The notes under the pieces are model-generated. The model had not been told where the DNA came from. It did no database searches and worked only from the letters and a program-made list of their open reading frames with translations. A DNA stretch of 64,000 bases from Mytilus edulis (lineage: Eukaryota). The translations under genes were made by a program, and so were the position numbers. The stretch is from NCBI RefSeq assembly GCF_963676685.1, contig NC_092348.1:43338001-43402000 (forward strand). The letters are read 5' to 3'. This document shows, one piece after another, positions 36,228 through 47,400 of this stretch; positions within the stretch are counted from its first letter, which is position 1, and every line of letters begins with the position of its first letter.

Positions 36228-36843
36228 CGGTACACAGGACAAAAAGTCACAGGACAAAAAGTCACAAATTTTATTGGACAAAAAGTCACGCCTCCGGGTG
36301 CGGGAATTTCTCGCTACATTGAAGACCTGTTGGTGACCTTCTGCTGTTGTTTTTTTCTATGGTCGGGTTGTTGTCTCTTTGGCACATTCCCCATTTCCAT
36401 TCTCAATTTTAATTTTACAAATAATTTGTTGACAATTGTTTGAATATGTAAGAGAAATATCTTGAAATATTTACTTTTTGATACATATATTCATATTAAA
36501 GTTTAGGAAATATGTCAATATACCTGAAAAATGAAGATTAATTTAACTTAATTTTATTCATAAAAAGGATATATTTCATGGCACCATGAAGCCTTTTAAG
36601 TGCCAAGCCACTTTGACATGTTGTTATTTTAACAATTATTTGATCATCTTTGATGTTTTTTGATAAATTTTGTTTACATAGTTGTTGTATATACAATAGT
36701 TTAAGAAAAATGCAAAAATAATTTTGTAGAAATTAGTGTTTTTTGTTTAAAGAAAATAATCAGAAAAAGTGAATTGTGACTTTTTGTCCGTGACTTTTTG
36801 TCTGTGATTTTTTGTTCTGACTGTGACTTTCTGTCCTCCATTT
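36228..36843. mobile_element. MITE with reiterated ggacaaaaagtcac subterminal inverted repeats, carrying a nested retroposon fragment (36289-36410)
   Basis: Motif occurs three times on the left and about four times inverted on the right. AAATTAA flanks both sides (36221-36227, 36844-36850). It splits a copy of the abundant SINE-like repeat. Confidence 0.7.
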
Positions 36844-38019
36844 AAATTAAAAACTATAGGTAACCGTACGGCCTTCAAAGGCAATGAAACAGTGCGAATG
36901 TTCTGTTTGCAAAGTCACAGTGACTTTTGAATCACAAAAGATCATTTTCCCTGCTTTCACTAACGCAGTCAGCACTCACTAGTCATGTTTTGCGAGTTAA
37001 GATATGATAAGTTTTAATAACATTCAAGACAAGCAACATTTTAGACTTTACTAACGCCATTTGTGGCCTTTAGCTGATCTCAACTGCAATCATATCACTA
37101 CGCCTCAGTTTATACTGTAATCATTTTAATGAAATACTAGAATATACTAAAAATAGCCAGTTATTAATAATTGTTTGCATTGTGACGGACAATTGTTTAA
37201 AGTCAAGTGACAAAAGTAAACTACATATTCAGGACGTAAATTAAATATGAATATGATCTGAATCTGAATATGATATATGAATAAAGACCAAAACACCAAC
37301 CAGATATTTTACGGGCTAGCTATTATGGTTTACTTGGAAATGTGTCACCCGACCTGGATACCTTAGCCTAGAGTTACTCCGACCCGCCTATTTTTCGTTT
37401 CTACTAAATGTAGCGGGCTAGGCCAAGCAAATACAAATTAACAGTTTTGCTATGACCCGGGTATTATGGTGCAAAATAGGCTTTTAAATTACTAAAAATG
37501 TTTCCAATTCCAAAATCGCATATGTATGTAGCTACAATCATGTAAACGGTTTAAGAAAAAAAGTTTATTCTCTTGGAAAAAATAAAACAGACGGGATATG
37601 ATATACTTGTTCTTTGAACAAATATATTGAGATTGGGACTTTGAAATTCCTAGATTCTCTGTACATGTAGTTGAATGCATAAATACAAGTTTTGAAACAT
37701 GTTGATCAAACGTGTTACAATCCTTGTCTCCATCATTATCATTCTTTGTGTTCATTAATTTTTAAAGATTTATTTTATTATTTAGAAAACGAAAATCGTA
37801 ATGTGTACTAACTATATACTTGTATCAGATGTGCGGAATGCTTCGTGTTTCTTACATAATAATCTAGATACGATGTGATGTCTTCGTAAACATGTACGGT
37901 GCATCTTTTTAAAACTTTTTGTCTATCACATAATGTCTGAAGGAAGTTCGCTTGTCATGTTTTTGAATTTTTGTCAGATTTTTCGGAATCCTTTAGTTTT
38001 ATCGATTTGAATGCCTTAA

Positions 38020-38292
38020 GGTGGTACCCAACACTTTCACTAAAATTAATTTGGCTCGTTTAATTTTCATAAAATTTTGACAAAGTATTTACTTTGACCC
38101 TTTAACAAGTATATAAAAATTTCAAAAATTTTGAACCAACCGTTTTGTCAGAAAAATTACACTGGTTATATAGCAGTTTGACAAACAACAATTTTGATCA
38201 TTGAGAAGCTTAATATTTCCTTTACAACACAACGTAATTAAAACGTTTAGCTGATTTTACAGAGTTATCTCCCTGTAGTGTTAGGTACCACC
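38020..38292 (+). mobile_element. Kolobok-like MITE
   Basis: TTAA TSD (38016-38019, 38293-38296); 16-bp TIR ggtggtacccaacact / agtgttaggtaccacc with GG..CC termini. Confidence 0.8.
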
Positions 38293-38771
38293 TTAAAACA
38301 ATATTCCCATTGACCCCTATTTTTTCTTTTTATAGATCTTGTATATGAATAATTATAAGCCATCTGTAAAAGTCTTATAGAATTGTTGTTAGTTTTTAAT
38401 AGTTTTTGAGAATTTAAACTTGTCAGTGACAAAGCTATGAAAAGTCAAGAGAAAATTGTGGTTCCTTATTTTTGTTATCCCTCTTATCGATATATATACT
38501 AGTGTTATGAAAAGCTTGTTATTTTGAAACTGAGTGGGTCTTTCATTAATTCCCTCTAAAATGATTTTTAAAACATGTAGTTTATCACTGATGCAAATAT
38601 ACAACAATACGCTCATTTTCATATCAATTGTTACAGTAATTAAATAACTTTATCAACTTTTAATTCTAATTTCAAAATTACATTTCAATTGTAAGCCAGA
38701 GACTGAAGGTTATATCAAGTAATTTCGTCATAAATTTTAATGTACAAATATTAACGATAATATTGCACCAA

Positions 38772-41626
38772 TCATTTTCTCCCCATTGGTACAGCAGAAA
38801 AGGATGGACACGGTGTACTTTCTTCTGAGGCTAAGACTGCTTCCTCCCAACAGTTGTCTACCTTGACAATTTTACAATCATATCGGTGATCCACAATATG
38901 TTGTCCAAACCTGAAAATGATATTAACGATAACTGTAGACATGAGTTCAAATGAAGATTACTGTCTGTAGTAGCATTTAACTGTTAAAAAAATTCAAATA
39001 ATTGTAGTTGATACATGTACCAGATATTTCGACACTTTTCAAATTAACCTTGAAGTGTTAAATTACCTAAAAAATAACAATCCATGTCTAAAACGTCTTT
39101 TCTAATTTTGCAATGTGCACGATGAACTAGAAAATAAAACCAGCTCTTTAATGAAAAAAAAATTAAGAATAATAAATTGAAAATTTTAGAATTTCAAGCT
39201 TATTGGCTTTATTATTACGACTAGTATTTACTGTTCATGCTATTTAAGCTACATTGTATAGTTTCGCTGCGGAAAATGGTTTTTGCAGTACACTTTTAAA
39301 AACAGAAAACGCATAAGATCGATATTTTCAAATACTGTAATGGATAGTTGTACACGTGAGACCATCAACGAATTAAAAATTAACACCAACAGTTGTGTTA
39401 TTAGCCTTTACAAAACACATATCATGCTGCAAGTATGTATAAGATATATATATATAAACTTACCCATAACAAGAAATCCCTCCTTTATAGCAATGACAGG
39501 TTTCACAATTTTCGATACGATCAAACTGATCCCCATCCTTGACGATCGCACCATTGTAAACACAGTCTACAAATAGAAGGAATTAAACATAATCATAAAA
39601 ACTGGACAGATATACTTAGATGAACCCGAACACTCGCAGTCATAGAAAAAAATGAAAAAGATATGAGCTATAGAAAGTACACAGAACAAAACCGTCAACA
39701 AAACACTACACTAAAAAAACACAGGTTAAGCAATCAGATACAACCTAACACGGAGAGGAACTCATGTCCTCATGACTTTTTTGCTCTTGAAGAGTTCCCA
39801 TTCCTGCTTGACCAGAAACTGTTCTTCCTAACCGTAGCTATTAAAATGCAGGTTTTAATATCATTGTCACTCACTTCATACATGTAATTGTAGACCCAAA
39901 AGACAATAACAATCAAAACCAAGGAGTAAACAAAGACTCATAAAACCAAAAGACATTTACATCAACAGTTATAAATAAGAAATAAGAAACAACACGAACT
40001 CCACTAAAAACCGGGAGTGAAATCAGGTGCTCCGGAAGGGTAAGCATTTCCTTCACCGTATAGGGCACCCGTCGTGTTATCTTTTTGTTCAGTTCGGTAA
40101 TGATTAACTGTGTAGATGTTGTACAGCAACTTCAAATAACTTTGACCATATTCCTTAAGGAGAAAATCACTAGCCACTGTAGTATACATCAAACAGAAAC
40201 ATAACTCGTAAAGTATTGAATGAAACCGCAAACAAAGTGAACCTAATAGCAAAGCGAGCCTTTTAAACGAGCGCGAAGCACAATTCAAATAACAATGTCT
40301 TACATCAAAATTATACCTCTCTACGAGTGACATGTTGAGCACTGACCCATCCCATGACAAATATAGGTAACTCAAGTATACCCACTATTTTAGTTATTTT
40401 AGTTAATCCCTGCATGTTGAGCGCAGGCCCAGTCCATATGAAGCTGATAACAATAATTATTGGGAAATGTATGAAAGTACAATAATTTATTCTAAGGTCT
40501 GTAACAATGTCAAAGTAACGTTTGTGGTAATCCAAGTTTGAAAAGGTAAAAAGAAGACATCGTTATGTGGGAGAGTAATATACATGTATAAAGCAGAAAA
40601 TAACTATGATCAATTTAAATAAATTCTCAATTTTTTTTTTTTTAATTTTTGGAAAATAAAAAAAATAATTGACACATGTGTTTGAAAAAACTTGTTTTTC
40701 ATATTGAAAAATACTATTTTCATATACTTAAACTAAATATCATATGATTTTTACTGTTTGATAATAGCATTAAAATTAACGTCAATTCCATATTTTTCGA
40801 ATTAGTGCTTAGCGGGCTGATACGAAAAGTGTATCACATGCTTCGCACGCGACATTCCGGTGATACTCGGCAAATTCCGGAAAATACACCTCAATGCTAC
40901 GTTTTCAGTGAAAAACATTACAAAGTAGTGTACAAAACAAATTATTTGGATACGGGAAAGTATGTTTTGTAAAACAATAAACAAAACAACAAAACAAAAA
41001 AAAACAAAAAAAACAAAAAAAAATATTAAATAAATGCATTTTTTAAAAGTTTCAAACATAATTTAGAAAGTTATTTTTTTAAAAAGTTGACTTTTCCAAA
41101 CAGTGTTCACTATGTACAAAATGTATATTGTTGAATTATCTTTTTTGACGATTCGTCCATATTTAAATGTTTTTCTTCTCTGTTGAGGCATATGATAGAA
41201 AGATTTCATATCGAATGTACAAAATGTTCTAAATTTGGGGTTAGACTTCCATGAACTTTTCACTCTTTAAACTTCTATTTTGGAACCACGTAAAAGGATC
41301 AATATATGAATCTCTTATTTTTTTCCATTGTTGAAGCATATGATAAAAAGATCATAACAAGCCATTTTTCATACTGCATGTATTATCGATATTGAACCTA
41401 GGGCTGATAATACATGCGATATGAAAAATGCCATGTAATTATTATTGTCTAAATAGGAACAGTCATGCGATTTATCGACACGAGTAAGAGTACTTGAATT
41501 AATAAATAAATTATCACTTTAAAAACGCATAAGCCGCTTTTAATTACCTTTCGCTGGAATATAATGGGTCCCACAGTGGACGTATGCTACCAAGACGGCA
41601 AACACCACACACATAGTTCCATTCAT
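38772..41626 (-). CDS. Secreted beta-microseminoprotein (PSP94)/single-VWC-domain-like protein, 106 aa; exons 41548-41626, 39464-39566, 38772-38910
   Basis: Spliced product MNGTMCVVFAVLVAYVHC-GTHYIPAKDCVYNGAIVKDGDQFDRIENCETCHCYKGGISCYGFGQHIVDHRYDCKIVKVDNCWEEAVLASEESTPCPSFSAVPMGRK*. GT-AG phases 1 and 2 match. NCETCxCY..ISC as in MSMB. ATTAAA on the minus strand at 38736-38741. Confidence 0.85.
39890..40080 (-). repeat. Penelope-associated repeat fragment in intron 1 of the MSP-like gene
   Basis: Contains ggtgctccggaagggtaagca, an inverted match to 27080-27110. Confidence 0.5.
40720..41440 (+). repeat. Dispersed ~750-bp element (copy 2; hairpin centre deleted)
   Basis: Colinear with 32597-33350. 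Confidence 0.8.
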
Positions 41627-41713
41627 GCTGTCCTCTAGTATTCTTTACTGTACTGGTTTTGGTTTTACTGACGTTGTATATGCATGAAGTTTGAAATAAA
41701 TCATATTCTAGTA

Positions 41714-41719
41714 TTTATA
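41714..41719 (-). promoter_or_regulatory. Putative TATA box of the MSP-like gene
   Basis: TATAAA on the minus strand ~90 bp upstream of ATG 41626. The AT-rich background weakens this call. Confidence 0.4.
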
Positions 41720-42329
41720 CTTTTATGTAAATTATTATTGAGGAAAATTAAATTTTAAATTGCATGTTAATTTAGACACGAAACCTTTGTTCTAACATTT
41801 AGTTTTATCTTTGTGATACACTAGTTAAATATTTTAGCCTTTCAACTATCACAAAGTTGACATTTGAACAAATATCAAATGACCACAACCATTTAGAAAT
41901 TTGGTATCATTAATTATAGAACGCGTTATTGAATTTAATTATGATTTTTTTCAAGGGCATGCCTTCTCTTCATCAGTCGTTTGACTATGTATGATGATTG
42001 TGACTATATTATTCAATAAGGCGCTTAATAAGGACCACCTCCTGAAGCGTGATTTTCTCGCTGCGTTTAAGACACATTGGTGGCTTTAGATTGGTGTCTG
42101 CTCTTTAGTCGGGTTGTTTTCTCTTTGACATATTCCCCATTCCCATTCTCAATTTTACTTATATGTCTAAAAGTTGACAAAAATTAAAATAACAGTGCCG
42201 TTCCTTTATTTGTAATTTCTGTCGTATATTAAACTTGATGGGAAATATGTGTTTTATATGTTGTGTTGACTTTGTTAATGACTACACACCAGTATATCAT
42301 GCATGGCAGTAATGCTTTAAAACAAAAAG

Positions 42330-42820
42330 ACATAATATATAGATTTAGTTGGCCTTCAATGCTTCTCGACTTCGTTCTTTATTATTTCCAGTGTCATTGA
42401 TGAATCTTTTAATTGTTATTGACAAAATGTGAGTCTAGCGTGCACAAAATAAAAATATGGTACCACTGATGAGTTTTTTTAACAACCACTTGGTCAATAC
42501 CACGGCTGGTGTACTTCTCCACTCCCAGGTTAACACCAGCCCATTAGTCAGCACGTCTGTATTGCCATGGGTTGTCTTTAATATGGTCAAATGTTTGAAG
42601 TAACTGACAAAATTTGAATGGTATATTTTTACACTAAGGAATTCAAATCACGTGAATAGAACAACCAAGGCATGTCTCTGTATTTGTCGATACTTTTTTT
42701 TCGGAATTTTGCCATCATTGGTCTTCATATTCGTACTTTATTTGTTCTTTAAGCATTTTTATGGGAGCGTCAATGATTTATCTTTTGACGTACACAATTA
42801 CAAGCCTGATACATTTGTTT
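42330..42820 (+). repeat. Strongly decayed retrozyme array
   Basis: Degenerate hammerhead-like segments at ~42390 and ~42765 flank the conserved aaccacttggtcaatacc..gctggtg block. Confidence 0.55.
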
Positions 42821-43439
42821 GACCTTTATTGTTTGCAAGTTTTAGGGTTGCGGTATCATGAACTTACATCAACACTAGACATCTCAATATGTTTATATGA
42901 ATAAGGCAAATAAAAGTTGTCTTACTTGGGACAAAATAAATCAGAATTGGTATGTCTATCACATTTATTTCTCATCATTTATCATTTACATTTATGTACA
43001 ATTATTTTTCTGGCATTTCCATTTTTATGAAAAATATACAGACTGACAATTGAACCTTCAATCAATTCTAGGGTAAGTATATTATAAGTGCAATTACAAG
43101 TGACTTTATCAAGTAATATAAGAAAAATACTTCTAACATTTTTGTGTCAGCATAACACATTGGCTTTGATTATATACATATTTTTTTTTAGTTAAGTTAT
43201 GAACAATTTTGAATTTATTATACTTGCAAAATCCATCCATGCACATTTATATGAGACCTTGCATTTACATATATAACTTAAAGTTGAAAAGAGCTACCAA
43301 TTACTATCAATATTATTGAAACAGACGATAAAACGCATAGATAAACCGACACAAGCATTAAAAAACCCCAAAGTGGATGACGAGAAGACACAAAAACCCA
43401 CAAAATATAAAAAAAAATATAAAAACCCATACACTTCTA

Positions 43440-43625
43440 TGACGCTGCTGTAATGTTGCAACATAGGAATAAAAGGTTCAGCATTAGAAGGTTGACATGA
43501 TTTCTTTTGTCGTATAGGTTTGTTCTCAACGAATTCTCATCAATAATTTCTAAGTCAAGATATGGGACTGACTGTATCTGTTGTATCCTTCTTTTGAAGT
43601 CCGATATGATAGATAAGTTCAACAT
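43440..43625 (-). mobile_element. Penelope-like reverse transcriptase fragment (pseudogenised)
   Basis: PYLDLEIIDENSLRTNLYDKRN..NLLFLCCNI matches the PLE RT C-terminal YLDL..I..L.T.LYDKR..NFPFL.SNIP pattern. Confidence 0.7.
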
Positions 43626-44457
43626 ACATCATGTGCATAAGTTTTGAGAAATACTAAGTGAGAGGACAACATCTTAACAGAGGAATGTAAAGATAAAGTA
43701 TAACAATTCACAAAAATGCAAGTAGAAAGAGATTACGAATGTTTATTTTCTTACCAATCTTTGGAATTATTTTGTATTTATATGCTGGGTTTGTAGTTGC
43801 ACAGTAGCTATCAAGAATACATATACATGTATACATGGACATGAATCGTTATAAAATTATATTCAGTTTGAGAGAGAGACACATGGGTTAAGGAACGACT
43901 AAACCCTGATCATGCTGATGTATAACTTATGTTTCGTTGATTTATCTTGTTCCTAAGATAGAAAATAAAGACACAATAAAGTTATCTAAAAGGGGGGGGG
44001 GGGGGGGGGGTGCTTCGATATTTGACTGCATGGTAAAAAAAACCATCTTTTAAACAGTTCCAGATCGGCTACATCAAATTTTAAGTTGAATTGAATTTGA
44101 ATACGATAATTGTGCTTATCTAAAACCTTTTCTATCTACGACCGTACACACTGCACCTACTGTAATTCAAACTTGTACTAACACATAACTATACATAAAT
44201 CAAAAAGGTGTGGTATGAAACAAATATCGACCAGTGACTACAGTGAAGATTTTACCAAAGGGTTACGTACATATACAATGTTTGTTTCAAACACATTTAG
44301 ATTGAATTGCATAAAACACTGTTATAGAACATAAATATCTCTTAAACTCAAATCAATGAAAAATATAGAAAAAAAAAATAATATACAATGCTATCTATAC
44401 TCAAGTAAAATAATATATTACAGTCAACACATGTACGTCCTGTTTAATAAAAATGAA

Positions 44458-47400
44458 TCAGTCGACTTTCTCATATTGGTCACTCTGTGAGCTATTTGTG
44501 TCCGTATCCGGTTGAACATCTAAATACTCAGGTGACGTGATGTCATAACCTCTTGATGACTGATATGGTACTAGTTCACTGTATGGCCTACTGGATGTTT
44601 CATAAGCTCTACTTGAGCGACATGGTAATGGATCAATATATGGCCCTAAAGCTATTTCATCACCTCTAGTTGAGTTACTTGATACAATATCAATGTATGG
44701 CCTTGAAGCTGCGTCATACTGATGAGTGGCTATATGGTCTGATTCGTATACTTGTAGATAACTGAAAAAACTTAATCGTTTAATAACAATGCTCGTATAG
44801 AAATTGCATCAGGAATCAAAGCTAAAAGATAAGATTTGTGAAGTCACCAGTGTTTTAAGAGCAATTTACTTCTAAATTAAATAAGCATGTCTGACTTTAA
44901 TGCACATGTGGGTGGTAAGTTAAACAAAATTGGAATAAGAGAGAACAAATTGATAGATAAAAAAAGGCAAAAAAAAAAACAACCCTGAAAAGGACGATAA
45001 CTTCTTAAAAAATGATTTTGAACATATGATCACAAAGTTAAACACAAAAGGTACAAGTAATCATGATAGAGTGTTTTCAACTGTTTTCCGTTGTTTTGTT
45101 ATCGCAATTTTGGTATATCCAAAATGTTGACTGGTATATAGAATTATGGTAATCGATCCATCGTTATCTACCACCCAGTATTATAAACCCTGCTTTTCTT
45201 TGTAGATGAAATTTATGTCTGGTCTATTACATACTAAACCATATATCTTTGGTCTGCAATGACGTGTTATCGCGTGAGATAGATAAGTACACAGCAACAT
45301 CCGAATGAAACGCTATACGTTAAATTATTCACCTGTTCAGGTAGAATTCCTAAGAACTAGAATTAACCCAAGATGTATTTAACAAAATCTTTCAGAAATT
45401 TGGATCCTGAACGTTCTTCAACTATTTTCTAAAGGTCGTATCGGAGTATAAGTTAGAAATAAAAATGTGTTCATACTTTGCCAAATTGTAGTATATAATG
45501 ATCATACATGTTCAAAAATATAATAAAAGTGATAAGTCATCGAGCATTATTTTAAGCTCGTTTATTACTCGATTTATTTCACTTGACTGGGCGGAGTTTA
45601 ACCGGTTCGCTCATAATAAACCAGTCCATCTATAGATAGGTGTTTTAGGATAAACTCATCAATGAAGTGTCCAGTCATTGTTTTGTAAATTCCTTTGCTG
45701 ACACTGATAGGTGATTAGAAATCAGTAATAATTATAACGGCAATCATCCTTATCACACACATCTTCAAATAGACTGTCCTTATGCAAATTAAAACGTAAG
45801 CTCCGCCCGATCAGTTGAATTAACATTGGTAATAGCAATCAACAACAAATCTATCATTACTATTTGGTTTATACATGTTATATATGAACATAATTACGAT
45901 ATTAAAAAGTGTTGGGACAACTTTGAATGTTTCACGTTAACTATATCTAATTTAAATACGTACCGTCCGTCAATTGTAGAATTGTTTATTTCTCCTAGTT
46001 GGATAGACTGTGAAGCTATTGGAAGAGTAGTTATTAAAAGTGTATTTGAATTTTCATTTTATTTAAAGCTGGAAAACAATTCGGAAAAAAATGTTTCAAA
46101 GGTAATTTGTTATATTTAAAACATGATTCAACAAATATTGATAGTTGCAAATCCCTATTCATGATCTTACATTGGCTTGGTGTCATGAAGAAGGAAGATA
46201 TATTGACACGACACCAATGATCCAATTCCAAGCATATTTCAAGTCGAAGGCTATAATGTATTTAATCAGGTTTTCAAATAGAACGAGGAGAACTGTATCT
46301 GCTTGTCCCAAGTTTGGAGTCTGTGGTTGTTCTTGCTTTATGTCTGTCTGTCATATTTGTTATTCATTAAATAACAGATTCATTAGATAACGTCTTACTA
46401 AATTACGTCGTTAATTTTTTGGGGATTGTTTCTCATTTTAATGTCAGGGCATCTAATGGCTAACTATGCGGTATGAATTTTTCTCATTGCTGAAGGCCGT
46501 CTGATAATCTTTGGTTAGATTGCCATATTCTGTCGAAATTGGTTGCTTTGTGACAATTGCGATTGGAATATAATGATTATATTAAATTTTTGATGCAGTT
46601 TATTTCATTTTATTTGTTAATTCCAAAATGGTTGATTTCAATGAAGGCTGCCTTATTTCTAGTAAGGTGTTTAAATGTCTTTTATTGGTCTTCCCTCATT
46701 TTATTATATTCGCTAGTCAAACTACATGTTTGTACATGAGCATATCTGATGAAATATTTTATGAACACCGACATAGTTATGAAGAACATCTCATTACCTG
46801 TGTTAAATTGAGTTCGCAGAATCTTTACTAACATTGGTAAAATTCCGACTGCTACAATACACAGTATTAAGACACACATTACCCAGAATATGTTGAAACT
46901 ATTCGCACCTTAAAAGGAATCATGTATACTCATGTTAATATGAATTTACGGGTAATAAACAAGACGTGGCATGGTTACTTAAAGTTTATGATTTTTTTTT
47001 TTTAAATTTATCCATTTTTTCCAAGATACGATCAATTTACGGGAGATACTTGAATCTACGGGAGATACTCACTATGCTTTAACCTCAGTTACAGTATCAG
47101 TAAACATTTAGTCTAACATATTCTTTTTCATTCACTTTCTCTTTTGATTTGCCGTATTTGTTCAATCTCAATACTTTTTTTTCTGTTTTTTCCTTATATA
47201 TATTGATGCATCCAATATCTCAGATTGCTATGTGTACTTTAAAGTTCTGTTATAGGGAAGTGCGTACAAGTCCTCAGAACGGTATGCATCATTTTTTAAA
47301 TTCAAAATTTCAACATAAAACTTGAGTGTAAACTAGCCATTAAATATTATGTTCAAGGTGTTGAGTTGGTACAAATAAACTCATCATAGGTACCAGGATT

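Noticed and set aside
45964-46068. Apparent frameshift or pseudogenisation of the Ig gene using the acceptor at 46068
   Set aside because: A downstream acceptor (ctcttccaatag, exon start 46015) keeps phase 1 to phase 2 and an open frame.
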